Below are positions 19,401-27,015 of a stretch of 64,000 nt of DNA, piece after piece (within the stretch, counting starts at the first letter, position 1; each line of letters opens with the position of its first letter). The DNA comes from Candidatus Latescibacterota bacterium. GTDB taxonomy: Bacteria; Latescibacterota; UBA2968; GCA-2709665. Location of the stretch: the NCBI GenBank assembly GCA_965248435.1, contig OZ252100.1, positions 1,792,001-1,856,000 on the forward strand, given 5' to 3'. The notes beneath the pieces were generated by a model. The model had not been told where the DNA came from, searched no databases, and saw nothing but the letters and a program-made list of their open reading frames with translations. A program made the translations under genes and the position numbers.

Positions 19401-21771
19401 CCTCTCCAAAGTCTGCGGACATCAACAGGATTCGAATGTTGGGGGAACTGGAGCGGTTGTTTGGGGCTGAACGCCCACCGCCGGACGGGTCCACGGCGAG
19501 TCCAGCCCCCTCGGCGTTGTCCACGTCCGAGGCCTCCCAGGAAACGAGAACCGGCTCGTCTATGGTGCCCAACATGATATCAGCAGCTGGTTCAACAGGC
19601 CTGATGGTGGGCGGGTGCAGAAAGTTGAGAGCCATAGGGGTCCCGGGTCCGCTCGGACTCGGATTGTCCTCCGTCAACGAGATCAAACGGTTGACACCGT
19701 CCTTTAGCAGAGCGTAGAGGTAGTATCGTACACCGGTGGCAGGTACTGTTCCCTGTGCATTGGAGTAACTCCACAGATCCCACAGAAACTGATTGTCGAA
19801 CTGCCCGTCCAGGTCTTCCGTGATTTGTCCGATCAAATGAGTATCGTTGTTTCCCTGGTCTCTAGAGGCTTCAAGATCCGTCCCTTGCGAATTCCCGCTC
19901 GTGTTGGCCGCACTCCCACGCACGTCGTTGAAGTCGGATCGCGTACTGTAATAGAGCTCGATCGTGGCGTCGCCGTCCAGATCGATATCTCCGTCTCTGC
20001 CTTCCTGTCCCCAGGAGATCGAGACGAATCGGGTTTCCGGACCCCGACTCAGATTCATCCCGTCCACATCAGTGACCATCTGGGAGACGTCTATGCCTGT
20101 GACTACATCCAGATCCCCATCCCCGCTCCCGTCGAAATCGTTGAGCGAAAACACGTCTATCGTAAGGTTGGGAGAATTCTTCACTCTCAATCTGGCGGGT
20201 GTCGGAGAAGTGATGAACGGATCGTTCTGCACCTGGGTGACGATGCGATGATCATCATCCCCGTCCGTTGCCACGAAGTAGACGTAATAGTCTCCCTCGG
20301 CAATCGTGTCCTGCGAGGCGAGTCTCAGGTTGAATATCCTGCTGTTGATCGTGAGTGAATCTGTGCCACCGACCTGGATCGCATTCGCCAGAGAATCAAT
20401 GCCTGTAACATCAAGGTCGCCCACGCCAAGACCGCTCAGGGTCGAAAGGAAAACACTCATGGCGAACCCGGCGGTTGAGTCCGCGTCCTGGGCCAGAAAG
20501 AGGAGGTCTACAGAGGTTTCAGGGTCAGGGGCGAGACCGCCGTTCACGCTGCTGAATGCATCCCCTTTCGCAAAGAACGATCCCGAATCCAGCGTGATGT
20601 CCCGGTTGTCCTTCCTGTTCGCGTCCACCGCCGCCATACCGATGATGTCGCTAGGTACCTGAATCACGCCTGTATTGTCATAGTCGTCGCCGCTGTCGTC
20701 GTCATAATCCCAGCCTACGACGACGAATTCGGGGTGGTGCGATACCTTGAGTGGACCGCTCCGTCCAAGGAACGTCCCACCGGAAAGCTTTCCGAACGTG
20801 AACGGGTCATAATTGTTCCGGTCTGGGGCTGGATCTGCAAGCACGTAGACGTAGACGAACGAACCGTCCTGAGTATTCGAAATGGAAATCACGCCATTCA
20901 AGCTGTCAGCCGCGGATGCATCGAACGTGGCCGAATAGTTTTCCCGAATGAACGTGCCCGGGATAAACCTCGGGATCTGTCGCGTACCCAGGAGAGGTCC
21001 ACTGCCGTCTGGTCTGAGTGAGAAATGCTGCTCTGGACTCTCCCCCAATGGCAGCGTGATATGTGTGGAGTCGTCCAGAACGAAAAAGCTGTAGAGTATA
21101 TCTGTGCTGGCCTCGGAAAAGCCTGCGGATGCAGACAGACCTGAAATCCCTGAATGGACCAGATCAGGCAGCGCGCCTGGGAATTCCAGTTTGAAAAAGC
21201 GCCCGGAGGAGTCGGTCGTCGCTCCGACCAAAGAATCGGGTGAATCGAACGAGATGAATCGGATAGGGGCGTTCTGGTGTCTGAAGACTTCAACGTTTGT
21301 ATTCGACTGTGTCGTCACAGACGCGAATTCCACGACATAAGCAGTGTCCTCTGCCTCCCCCTCCATCAACCCCGTAAAATTCGTCGGTGTGGTCACATCG
21401 AATTCAACGGTAATCGTCCTGCCGCTCAGACTGGTCCCGGTGATTCCGAATGCCAACTTGTCCGGGTTCGTTTGCGGCGTTCCGGCGAAAAAGGCGACGA
21501 CCCCTGAATTGTCGCTCGTAGCAGTAACTGAACTGGTCACAACAGTGAGTTCAGAGACCGCAGTGATCGTGAACGCTCGAAAATATTGAACAGCGGTGGG
21601 GCCCAACGTGATGTCGAGCCGCTGGTGATAGCGTTCTCCCAACGCAGAAGTGACTCCGTTGGGTACTGCGTTCGGCTTTAGATCGAACGTTTGAGCGGGG
21701 CTCGGGATGGGAATCGCCAGCGAGAACAAACCCGAGAGGATCGCTGTAGAAATCAGGCGATTCAATTTCAT
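16489..21771 (-). CDS. Giant secreted scaffoldin-like protein B, paralog of 8868..14279
   Basis: 1760 aa, signal peptide SPA|QT, collinear with protein A (e.g. PEFVVVGWDYDDD, DLDVVTGIDVSQM, DRLWVGNSGDGSL), same cohesin/dockerin/CTD tail. Confidence 0.85.
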   Translation of the reverse strand: MKLNRLISTAILSGLFSLAIPIPSPAQTFDLKPNAVPNGVTSALGERYHQRLDITLGPTAVQYFRAFTITAVSELTVVTSSVTATSDNSGVVAFFAGTPQTNPDKLAFGITGTSLSGRTITVEFDVTTPTNFTGLMEGEAEDTAYVVEFASVTTQSNTNVEVFRHQNAPIRFISFDSPDSLVGATTDSSGRFFKLEFPGALPDLVHSGISGLSASAGFSEASTDILYSFFVLDDSTHITLPLGESPEQHFSLRPDGSGPLLGTRQIPRFIPGTFIRENYSATFDASAADSLNGVISISNTQDGSFVYVYVLADPAPDRNNYDPFTFGKLSGGTFLGRSGPLKVSHHPEFVVVGWDYDDDSGDDYDNTGVIQVPSDIIGMAAVDANRKDNRDITLDSGSFFAKGDAFSSVNGGLAPDPETSVDLLFLAQDADSTAGFAMSVFLSTLSGLGVGDLDVTGIDSLANAIQVGGTDSLTINSRIFNLRLASQDTIAEGDYYVYFVATDGDDDHRIVTQVQNDPFITSPTPARLRVKNSPNLTIDVFSLNDFDGSGDGDLDVVTGIDVSQMVTDVDGMNLSRGPETRFVSISWGQEGRDGDIDLDGDATIELYYSTRSDFNDVRGSAANTSGNSQGTDLEASRDQGNNDTHLIGQITEDLDGQFDNQFLWDLWSYSNAQGTVPATGVRYYLYALLKDGVNRLISLTEDNPSPSGPGTPMALNFLHPPTIRPVEPAADIMLGTIDEPVLVSWEASDVDNAEGAGLAVDPSGGGRSAPNNRSSSPNIRILLMSADFGEVTTWGSITNFAANDDRLWVGNSGDGSLVEEIELNEGVDSSFVIVGERMRNNLFNAYSNASSTGSLELQTGPTQYYVYLAIDDGRDGSVADAVDGSPLQTNFGNRSPVVRAPGRIRFTGAVPVNPASNARFVVPDKITTGVGQIIKYPIVIDDGTNPTGSVKKVNIFITVDDDKFQAIDQDLGKPGVQPFTLSDESEIIPIEFNQNAMLLGGKLRLDLEYTGLSGLTFFDGEKVLATAHLKPKPLGGPTMITTTISLDFDPPPISRETLMRDGNNVEIGVAPVPATSVDITERVTLLPTVPLQGRATTSSDTMTFFLREVGGFATVSDSLFELNDIDASLFGVQDTPKIGMEGIDQYELFDVPSGRWVLTASIPRHLNAKKVIEVEPGSVGGVPIPVSSFEDGDGNTLTELYAGDAAGFNDASGRNIPDNAIGAPDINAINNALYTTPSDSLYNTFADINRDTIVNATDKDFATTNTTSNTGAPGTIRPVFPSFKGAIPQERDNSQATYTLTDLPQGEVKAGETFDVTVKVSGAQAVRTYDVHLEYDQTKLAMEYLMSSGTLLENYLTNMSGKILKGEVGFVNSIIGRTPVGASGEGTLATIRFRTLARATEARLALSDGLLIDVDHVGAKPKLEGEAMIAISNDPIVYHDANGGEIRGLILPGVDSKVDFNDFLIVAKSFGSRLGDSAFDVRADLNGDDQVNFADFLIFTQDFGRVAIDAPAPRRLVKAASVPGVNRDAELSLNVDGKARIGKAITLSADLSQAEAVQGWGLTVRYDADRYEFVEAKSPEGDLLTSAGATAPLFLVHQEGPDQITLASAIGEGQAASGDGSLAVLTFRPKTSEFEDARFEIFEGVLFDSDHLTNPIHMNEALEVRLVPAEFALSQNYPNPFNPETTISYDLAEGSEVRLEIYNVMGQLVNTLVSEAQAAGRYRMRWSGQDAFGRQVASGVYFYRLQTEGFKAVRKLMLLK

Positions 21772-22169
21772 GTCTGGTGCTCCTCACTCAGTTTGTGAAC
21801 TGAAAGACCTGACGGGCAGGGTCACCCGTACAGAGCTTTCAGCTTGACCGATGTTGCCAATCCTACTACATTCCATAGAGATAGGCAGGCACCGGCAGGG
21901 CCGGCACCTGATTGGTGAAAGACTCAGAAGATCGCGACTGCCTTCTCGGTCGTGGGTTCCTACCAGCCCACATCCGGTCTTGCGGGTTGCCTGCCAACCC
22001 GAAGAGGAATTTTCAGCCTAAGGGAGCCTTCTCCCTTTGCTGACAGATGGATCCGGGGCAGAACGGAAACAATCATCGCGTTCCCGCACCGCTGTGCGTA
22101 TACACAGGTCTCCTACCAGACCTGCTGGAGTCTTCATCTCAAGTCAATTGATCCGTTGGATCGCATAAA

Positions 22170-22184
22170 GCAAGCCCTGTACCA
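22170..22184 (-). promoter_or_regulatory. sigma54 (-24/-12) promoter for protein B
   Basis: Minus strand TGGTAC-AGGGC-TTGC, with GG and GC at the correct spacing. Confidence 0.6.
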
Positions 22185-22316
22185 CAAATGATCAGCACTC
22201 CCCTTATGCGGTGTAAAATACTTAGAAACAATATCTTCTTCTTCTGATTCCCCTCCCGTTTTCCCGCCTTTTCCAGATCAGATACTCGGAAATATTTCCC
22301 CCATCAGAAGGCCTTA

Positions 22317-24959
22317 ATGGCTCACCCGGCGCGCGCGATGCCAGTTAGAACCTCTACACCCGGGCGGATCGCTTTTCGGGCAACGCAACTTTGCGTCGCC
22401 CTCGTTCCCTTAACGATCCTCCCAGGCATCAACGAATTCACACTCCTTCCGAAGCTCCTGGTTCTACAGATCGCGCTCCTGGTTATCGCGATCGCGTGGG
22501 CATATCGCCCCGATTCCGTTCCATTCCGCGCCATTCCGGCACAACTGCCCATTTTCTTCCTCTTCCTCATGCTCTCCGCCTCTGCCTTCTGGGCCGCCAA
22601 CCACTTCAGATCGACCTTCGATCTGTCCAAGCACCTCAGCTTTCTGCTCTTCCTTCTGCTGCTCTTTCACAACCTGAGCTCAAACCGCATCATCGACATC
22701 CTGCGGGTCAGCACAATCTCAGGAGCCGTGGTCTCCATCCTTGGGATTGGAGAATACCTGGGGTTTCTTCCTGACTTGCTCCCTTCTACCGGTCGACCGA
22801 GCAGTACCTTCGGCTTCCGGAATTTGGCAGCGCAATACCTTGTGGCCAACTTGCCCCTGTCTCTGCTTTATTTTATCCGGGCCCATCGCGAGATCGACCG
22901 AGTGGTTGCAGGCGTATCCTCAGCCCTGATGTTCGTTTTTCTACTCTACACCCGCGCCAGGGGATCCTGGGTCGGTCTCTTCGCTGCAACCTTCCTGCAT
23001 TTGGCCTTATTGCTGATTTTCGCTCGCCATTTGCTGTTTGAATTCGGTAAGGTCCTTTTCAATCGACGAGTCCTGAAAGTGGCGGGGGTCGCACTCCTCT
23101 TGATCGGCCTACTGGCTCCCCTGCCCGAAGGGTTCCGTGAACGTCACCTGCAGCGTTTTGACGAAAAGAAGATAGACGTCGTGTCGACTGCCTCATCGAT
23201 CTTTAAAAGAGGAGGGGACCGGGGCCGGCTGCTCATGTGGCAGCGAACCCTCAGAATGGTCCGGGACGCCCCACTCCTCGGGGTGGGGCTGGGGAACTGG
23301 GCCTATGTTTTCCCCCTCTATACGAAGGGCGGCGGAGAAGGGATGGTTGGCGCGGGCCACAACCCCCTGCGCCCCCACAACGACCTCCTCTGGATCTGGT
23401 CCGAGGCCGGAACCCCCGCACTGCTGGCCTACCTTGCGCTCATTGGTACGGTTCTTCTCCTGGCGGTACGCATCTGGCGAAAGTCAACCGACCCACACGC
23501 GTGCATCTCCGCGCTCTGTTACAGCCTGACAGTCTGGTCCGTTGTCGGCGCCAGCTGTTTCGGCTTCCCTTGGGAACGAATTCCAGCATCGATGCTGTTC
23601 TGGCTGGCCACCGCATCGGTCGGGATCCTTGCCCGTGAGACAGGAGTCTTCCCCTCACCAGAGTATGCCCCCTCTCGAATCACACGCTGGACATGCCTTT
23701 TGATCCCAATCCTCCTGTTGGCAAGTATCTGGATCACACTCCGCCGCATTGGATTCGACTACTACCACGTAACGGCCACGATCGCCTTTGCCAAGAAAGA
23801 TCACTCGGCTAAAGTTCGAGAAGCCGCGCACGCAATTGCGTTCGGGCCTTTCGACCACCAAATCTTCATCATCCACGGAGACGGAAATCTCGCACTCGGA
23901 AATTTCGATGCTGCTGAGAGGAGCTTCAAGCGATGTCTTGATTATCACCCTAATTTTGGGAACGCCTATAACAACCTCGGATTGCTATGGGACAGGAAAG
24001 AAGAGAACGAAAAGGCCATCTTCTACTTTCGCAAGGCGCTCGATCTCGTCCCAAACCATCATATCGCACGCTACAACCTCGGCACGGTGTTTCAGAAATT
24101 GGGCCAGTTCGACAGCGCCAAGGTGGCCTACAGAGAGTCTTTCCAGCCCCATCACACCGTTCCATACGTCAACCTCGGTGGCATCTATCGCAGCCTTGGA
24201 GACACAGACAGCGCCATCGTCGTTTACAGGGAGGCCCTTGCCGGATCCGTGCCTTCAAACGAAGCCTACTTCAACCTGGGTAACATCTATGCTGAACAAA
24301 GGCGCTACGAGGAGGCCGCGGAAGCCTACAGCAATTTCCTGTCTGTTTGGAAGGGAGATCCCGAATTCTTAGAAACGGCAAGGGAAGGCTTGAGCGAGGC
24401 CAACAGCGGGATGGGGGTCCAGGCCGAACAGCGAGGGGAGAACGATAGGGCCATCGAGTATCATCAGAACGCCATCCGCTATTGGCCCGAAAACGCGCAG
24501 AACTGGTTCAATCTGGGTAACACTTATCGGAAAGAGGAGGCGTGGGACAAAGCAGAAAAGGCCTATCATAGATCATTGGCGAGAGATTCGACTTATGTCG
24601 ATGCGTACAACAACCTGGGACTGACATACAGGGACCTTGGAGACAACGACAAGGCCATTCAGACCTTCAAGAAGGGTCTGCGACAAGGACCCGACCAGCC
24701 GGTACTGCATTACAATATCGGAAATGCCTACACCGATATAGGCGATACCCTTAGCGCATTGGAAGCATACGACGCATTTCGCAGGAACTGGAAAGGAGAT
24801 ACCGCGAGGCTGCACTACTACCTGGGCAATGCGTATCTGGAAATGGACAACACACTCGGGGCGTTGGAGGAATACAGGGCGTTCCTCAAGAACTGGCAGG
24901 GAAGTCGGGCTGAAGCCGAAGCTATAGAAGCACTGGTAAGGAAGCTCGAGAAACCATAA
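22317..24959 (+). CDS. O-antigen ligase-like/TPR protein (array member 1, longest TPR region)
   Basis: 880 aa; PSSTFGFRN, YTRARGSW, FDEKK, DRGRLLMW, RPHNDLLW, extended TPRs. Start could be 22338. Confidence 0.88.
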   Translation: MAHPARAMPVRTSTPGRIAFRATQLCVALVPLTILPGINEFTLLPKLLVLQIALLVIAIAWAYRPDSVPFRAIPAQLPIFFLFLMLSASAFWAANHFRSTFDLSKHLSFLLFLLLLFHNLSSNRIIDILRVSTISGAVVSILGIGEYLGFLPDLLPSTGRPSSTFGFRNLAAQYLVANLPLSLLYFIRAHREIDRVVAGVSSALMFVFLLYTRARGSWVGLFAATFLHLALLLIFARHLLFEFGKVLFNRRVLKVAGVALLLIGLLAPLPEGFRERHLQRFDEKKIDVVSTASSIFKRGGDRGRLLMWQRTLRMVRDAPLLGVGLGNWAYVFPLYTKGGGEGMVGAGHNPLRPHNDLLWIWSEAGTPALLAYLALIGTVLLLAVRIWRKSTDPHACISALCYSLTVWSVVGASCFGFPWERIPASMLFWLATASVGILARETGVFPSPEYAPSRITRWTCLLIPILLLASIWITLRRIGFDYYHVTATIAFAKKDHSAKVREAAHAIAFGPFDHQIFIIHGDGNLALGNFDAAERSFKRCLDYHPNFGNAYNNLGLLWDRKEENEKAIFYFRKALDLVPNHHIARYNLGTVFQKLGQFDSAKVAYRESFQPHHTVPYVNLGGIYRSLGDTDSAIVVYREALAGSVPSNEAYFNLGNIYAEQRRYEEAAEAYSNFLSVWKGDPEFLETAREGLSEANSGMGVQAEQRGENDRAIEYHQNAIRYWPENAQNWFNLGNTYRKEEAWDKAEKAYHRSLARDSTYVDAYNNLGLTYRDLGDNDKAIQTFKKGLRQGPDQPVLHYNIGNAYTDIGDTLSALEAYDAFRRNWKGDTARLHYYLGNAYLEMDNTLGALEEYRAFLKNWQGSRAEAEAIEALVRKLEKP

Positions 24960-24975
24960 ACTGCATATTGCGACA

Positions 24976-27015
24976 GTGGCCGTGAACTTGGCTGACAGAT
25001 ATTTCCAGAGCATCCCCGAATGGATCTGGATGGCCCTCTTCATTCTGGTGCCCCTCATCTATTCCGGGCAGGTCTACGAAGGCGCTTTGTATCCGCGGCT
25101 GGTCGTCTTTCAGATCCTGCTGCTCTTCATCGCGCTGGCAGGCCTGATTCAAGCACGGAACAAACGGCCGTTCCGGGGCTCCTCTCCAATCATTTTGCCA
25201 CTTTTGATCTATGCTCTGCTGGCCGCACTGTCAGTGGTGCAATCCGTCAATCGTGTGGAATCCGTTCTCAGGCTCGCGCATTACACCAGTTTCGTCCTCC
25301 TGCCGATCTTCGTCATCTGGACCCTATCCAGCGAGTCCCTCTTCCGAATCTTCCGTGTGGCGGCCTGGACCGGGCTGCCGATCTCCCTGATAGGGCTGGG
25401 TCAAAATTTTGGCCTGGATGCCGAAATCTCAGGCTGGGGTGTCTACGACATTCCTTCCCCAGCCCCTCCCAGCGCCACATTCTTCCACAGAAACGTTGCC
25501 GCCGAATACGTGATCGGCGTCCTCCCGCTTGGCTGGATCTGTTTTCGTCTTTCGCGCACCTCAAAGTCCGCCGCCGTCCACGCCGCCCTCCTCGTCCTGC
25601 TCGGGGCTTTCCTGATCTATACACGCGCGCGCGGTGCGTGGATGGGCTTTTTTGTCTCCATCCTCTTAACCGCTGGACTGGCCCGTCTTACATTGCCGAG
25701 GGAATCGCGAATGAGTACGGATTCACTCGCAAGGCGCAAGAAGCTTATGACGATCGTGGCGATCGGCCTCCTCGCTCTCCTGGCTGCGCTTCCTGAAGAC
25801 ATAAAGCATCCAGGCAGCCAACCCTTTGACGAAAAAAAGAGCGATGTACTCGCTGCGGTGACATCCATCTTCTCAGAACACGGAGACCGAGGTCGGCTCA
25901 GCATCTGGGGCCATACGCTGGACATGGTCTGGGACCGACCGTTTGGCGGCGTAGGTCTCGGGAACTGGCAGTTCATCTACCCCGTATACGCTCGAGGAGA
26001 CCAGGTGAACGTCTCTGCGGCACCCTCCCGCCCTCACAACGATTTTCTGTGGATCGCATCAGAAGTGGGCATTCCTGGATGGCTCGTATACATGCTAATC
26101 CTGACCTTCGTCGCAAGAATGGGCTGGAACCTCCTGAAGGTTTCAGCCTTTCCCACGAGAACCGCTGTCCTGGGTATTTGCTCCCTGGTCCTTGCCCATC
26201 TTGGATCTAGTATGTTCAACTATCCCCGGGAACGGGTCTCGCCCTCCCTCTGTTTCTGGTTTGCCATTGGCGCGATCGCCGTTCTCCACGGCGATCGATT
26301 CGGATTGCATCTGAATAGGTTGAATACGAACCGATGGACACTCCTGTCCTCCCACACACTGGGTTGCCTGCTGCTCCTAATGGCGATCGGAGTGACGGGG
26401 CGAATGCTGGCTTATGACATCCATCACAAGAGGGTCTTTGATGCAGAACGAAGAGAGGATTGGCCAACGGTGATCCAGGAGGCGGAGCTTGCTGCCTCCT
26501 ACGGCCGCTTCAGGACTGCGACCTTCGCTAACCTGGGCAAAGCTCGCTACAGGTCCGGAGACCCGGACGGTGCCGAGACCGCTTACCGGACCGCTCTCCA
26601 GGTACACCCGAATTCGCTTCACGCATACAATAGACTGGGAATTCTTTATCTTCACACAGAACGGCTTAGCGAAGCAGAGGAGGCTTTTCAAAGAGCGCTG
26701 ACGCTCTCTCCTGGGTTTTCTGAAGCCTATCATAATCTTGGGAATGTCTTTCGTGTCCAGGGACGGCTCGACGAAGCGATCCTTGCATACCAGAAGGCCC
26801 TTGGCCGGGTTCCACCCGCACCCCAGACCTATTACTACCTTGGATGGATCTACCACATGAAAGGGGAACTCCTGAAGGCTCAGCGTGGTTACCAGCAGGC
26901 ACTTGAAGCCGACCCAGGCTACGCGCCTGCGCGCCGCGCCCTGACACACATCGGTGCCTCCCCGAAAGCACGCCCAACTGCAGAAACAGAAGGCGATTCG
27001 AGTGAAGACCTCTAG
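24976..27015 (+). CDS. O-antigen ligase-like/TPR protein (array member 2)
   Basis: 679 aa; PSATFFHRN, YTRARGAW, FDEKK, DRGRLSIW, RPHNDFLW, TPRs. Confidence 0.88.
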   Translation: MAVNLADRYFQSIPEWIWMALFILVPLIYSGQVYEGALYPRLVVFQILLLFIALAGLIQARNKRPFRGSSPIILPLLIYALLAALSVVQSVNRVESVLRLAHYTSFVLLPIFVIWTLSSESLFRIFRVAAWTGLPISLIGLGQNFGLDAEISGWGVYDIPSPAPPSATFFHRNVAAEYVIGVLPLGWICFRLSRTSKSAAVHAALLVLLGAFLIYTRARGAWMGFFVSILLTAGLARLTLPRESRMSTDSLARRKKLMTIVAIGLLALLAALPEDIKHPGSQPFDEKKSDVLAAVTSIFSEHGDRGRLSIWGHTLDMVWDRPFGGVGLGNWQFIYPVYARGDQVNVSAAPSRPHNDFLWIASEVGIPGWLVYMLILTFVARMGWNLLKVSAFPTRTAVLGICSLVLAHLGSSMFNYPRERVSPSLCFWFAIGAIAVLHGDRFGLHLNRLNTNRWTLLSSHTLGCLLLLMAIGVTGRMLAYDIHHKRVFDAERREDWPTVIQEAELAASYGRFRTATFANLGKARYRSGDPDGAETAYRTALQVHPNSLHAYNRLGILYLHTERLSEAEEAFQRALTLSPGFSEAYHNLGNVFRVQGRLDEAILAYQKALGRVPPAPQTYYYLGWIYHMKGELLKAQRGYQQALEADPGYAPARRALTHIGASPKARPTAETEGDSSEDL

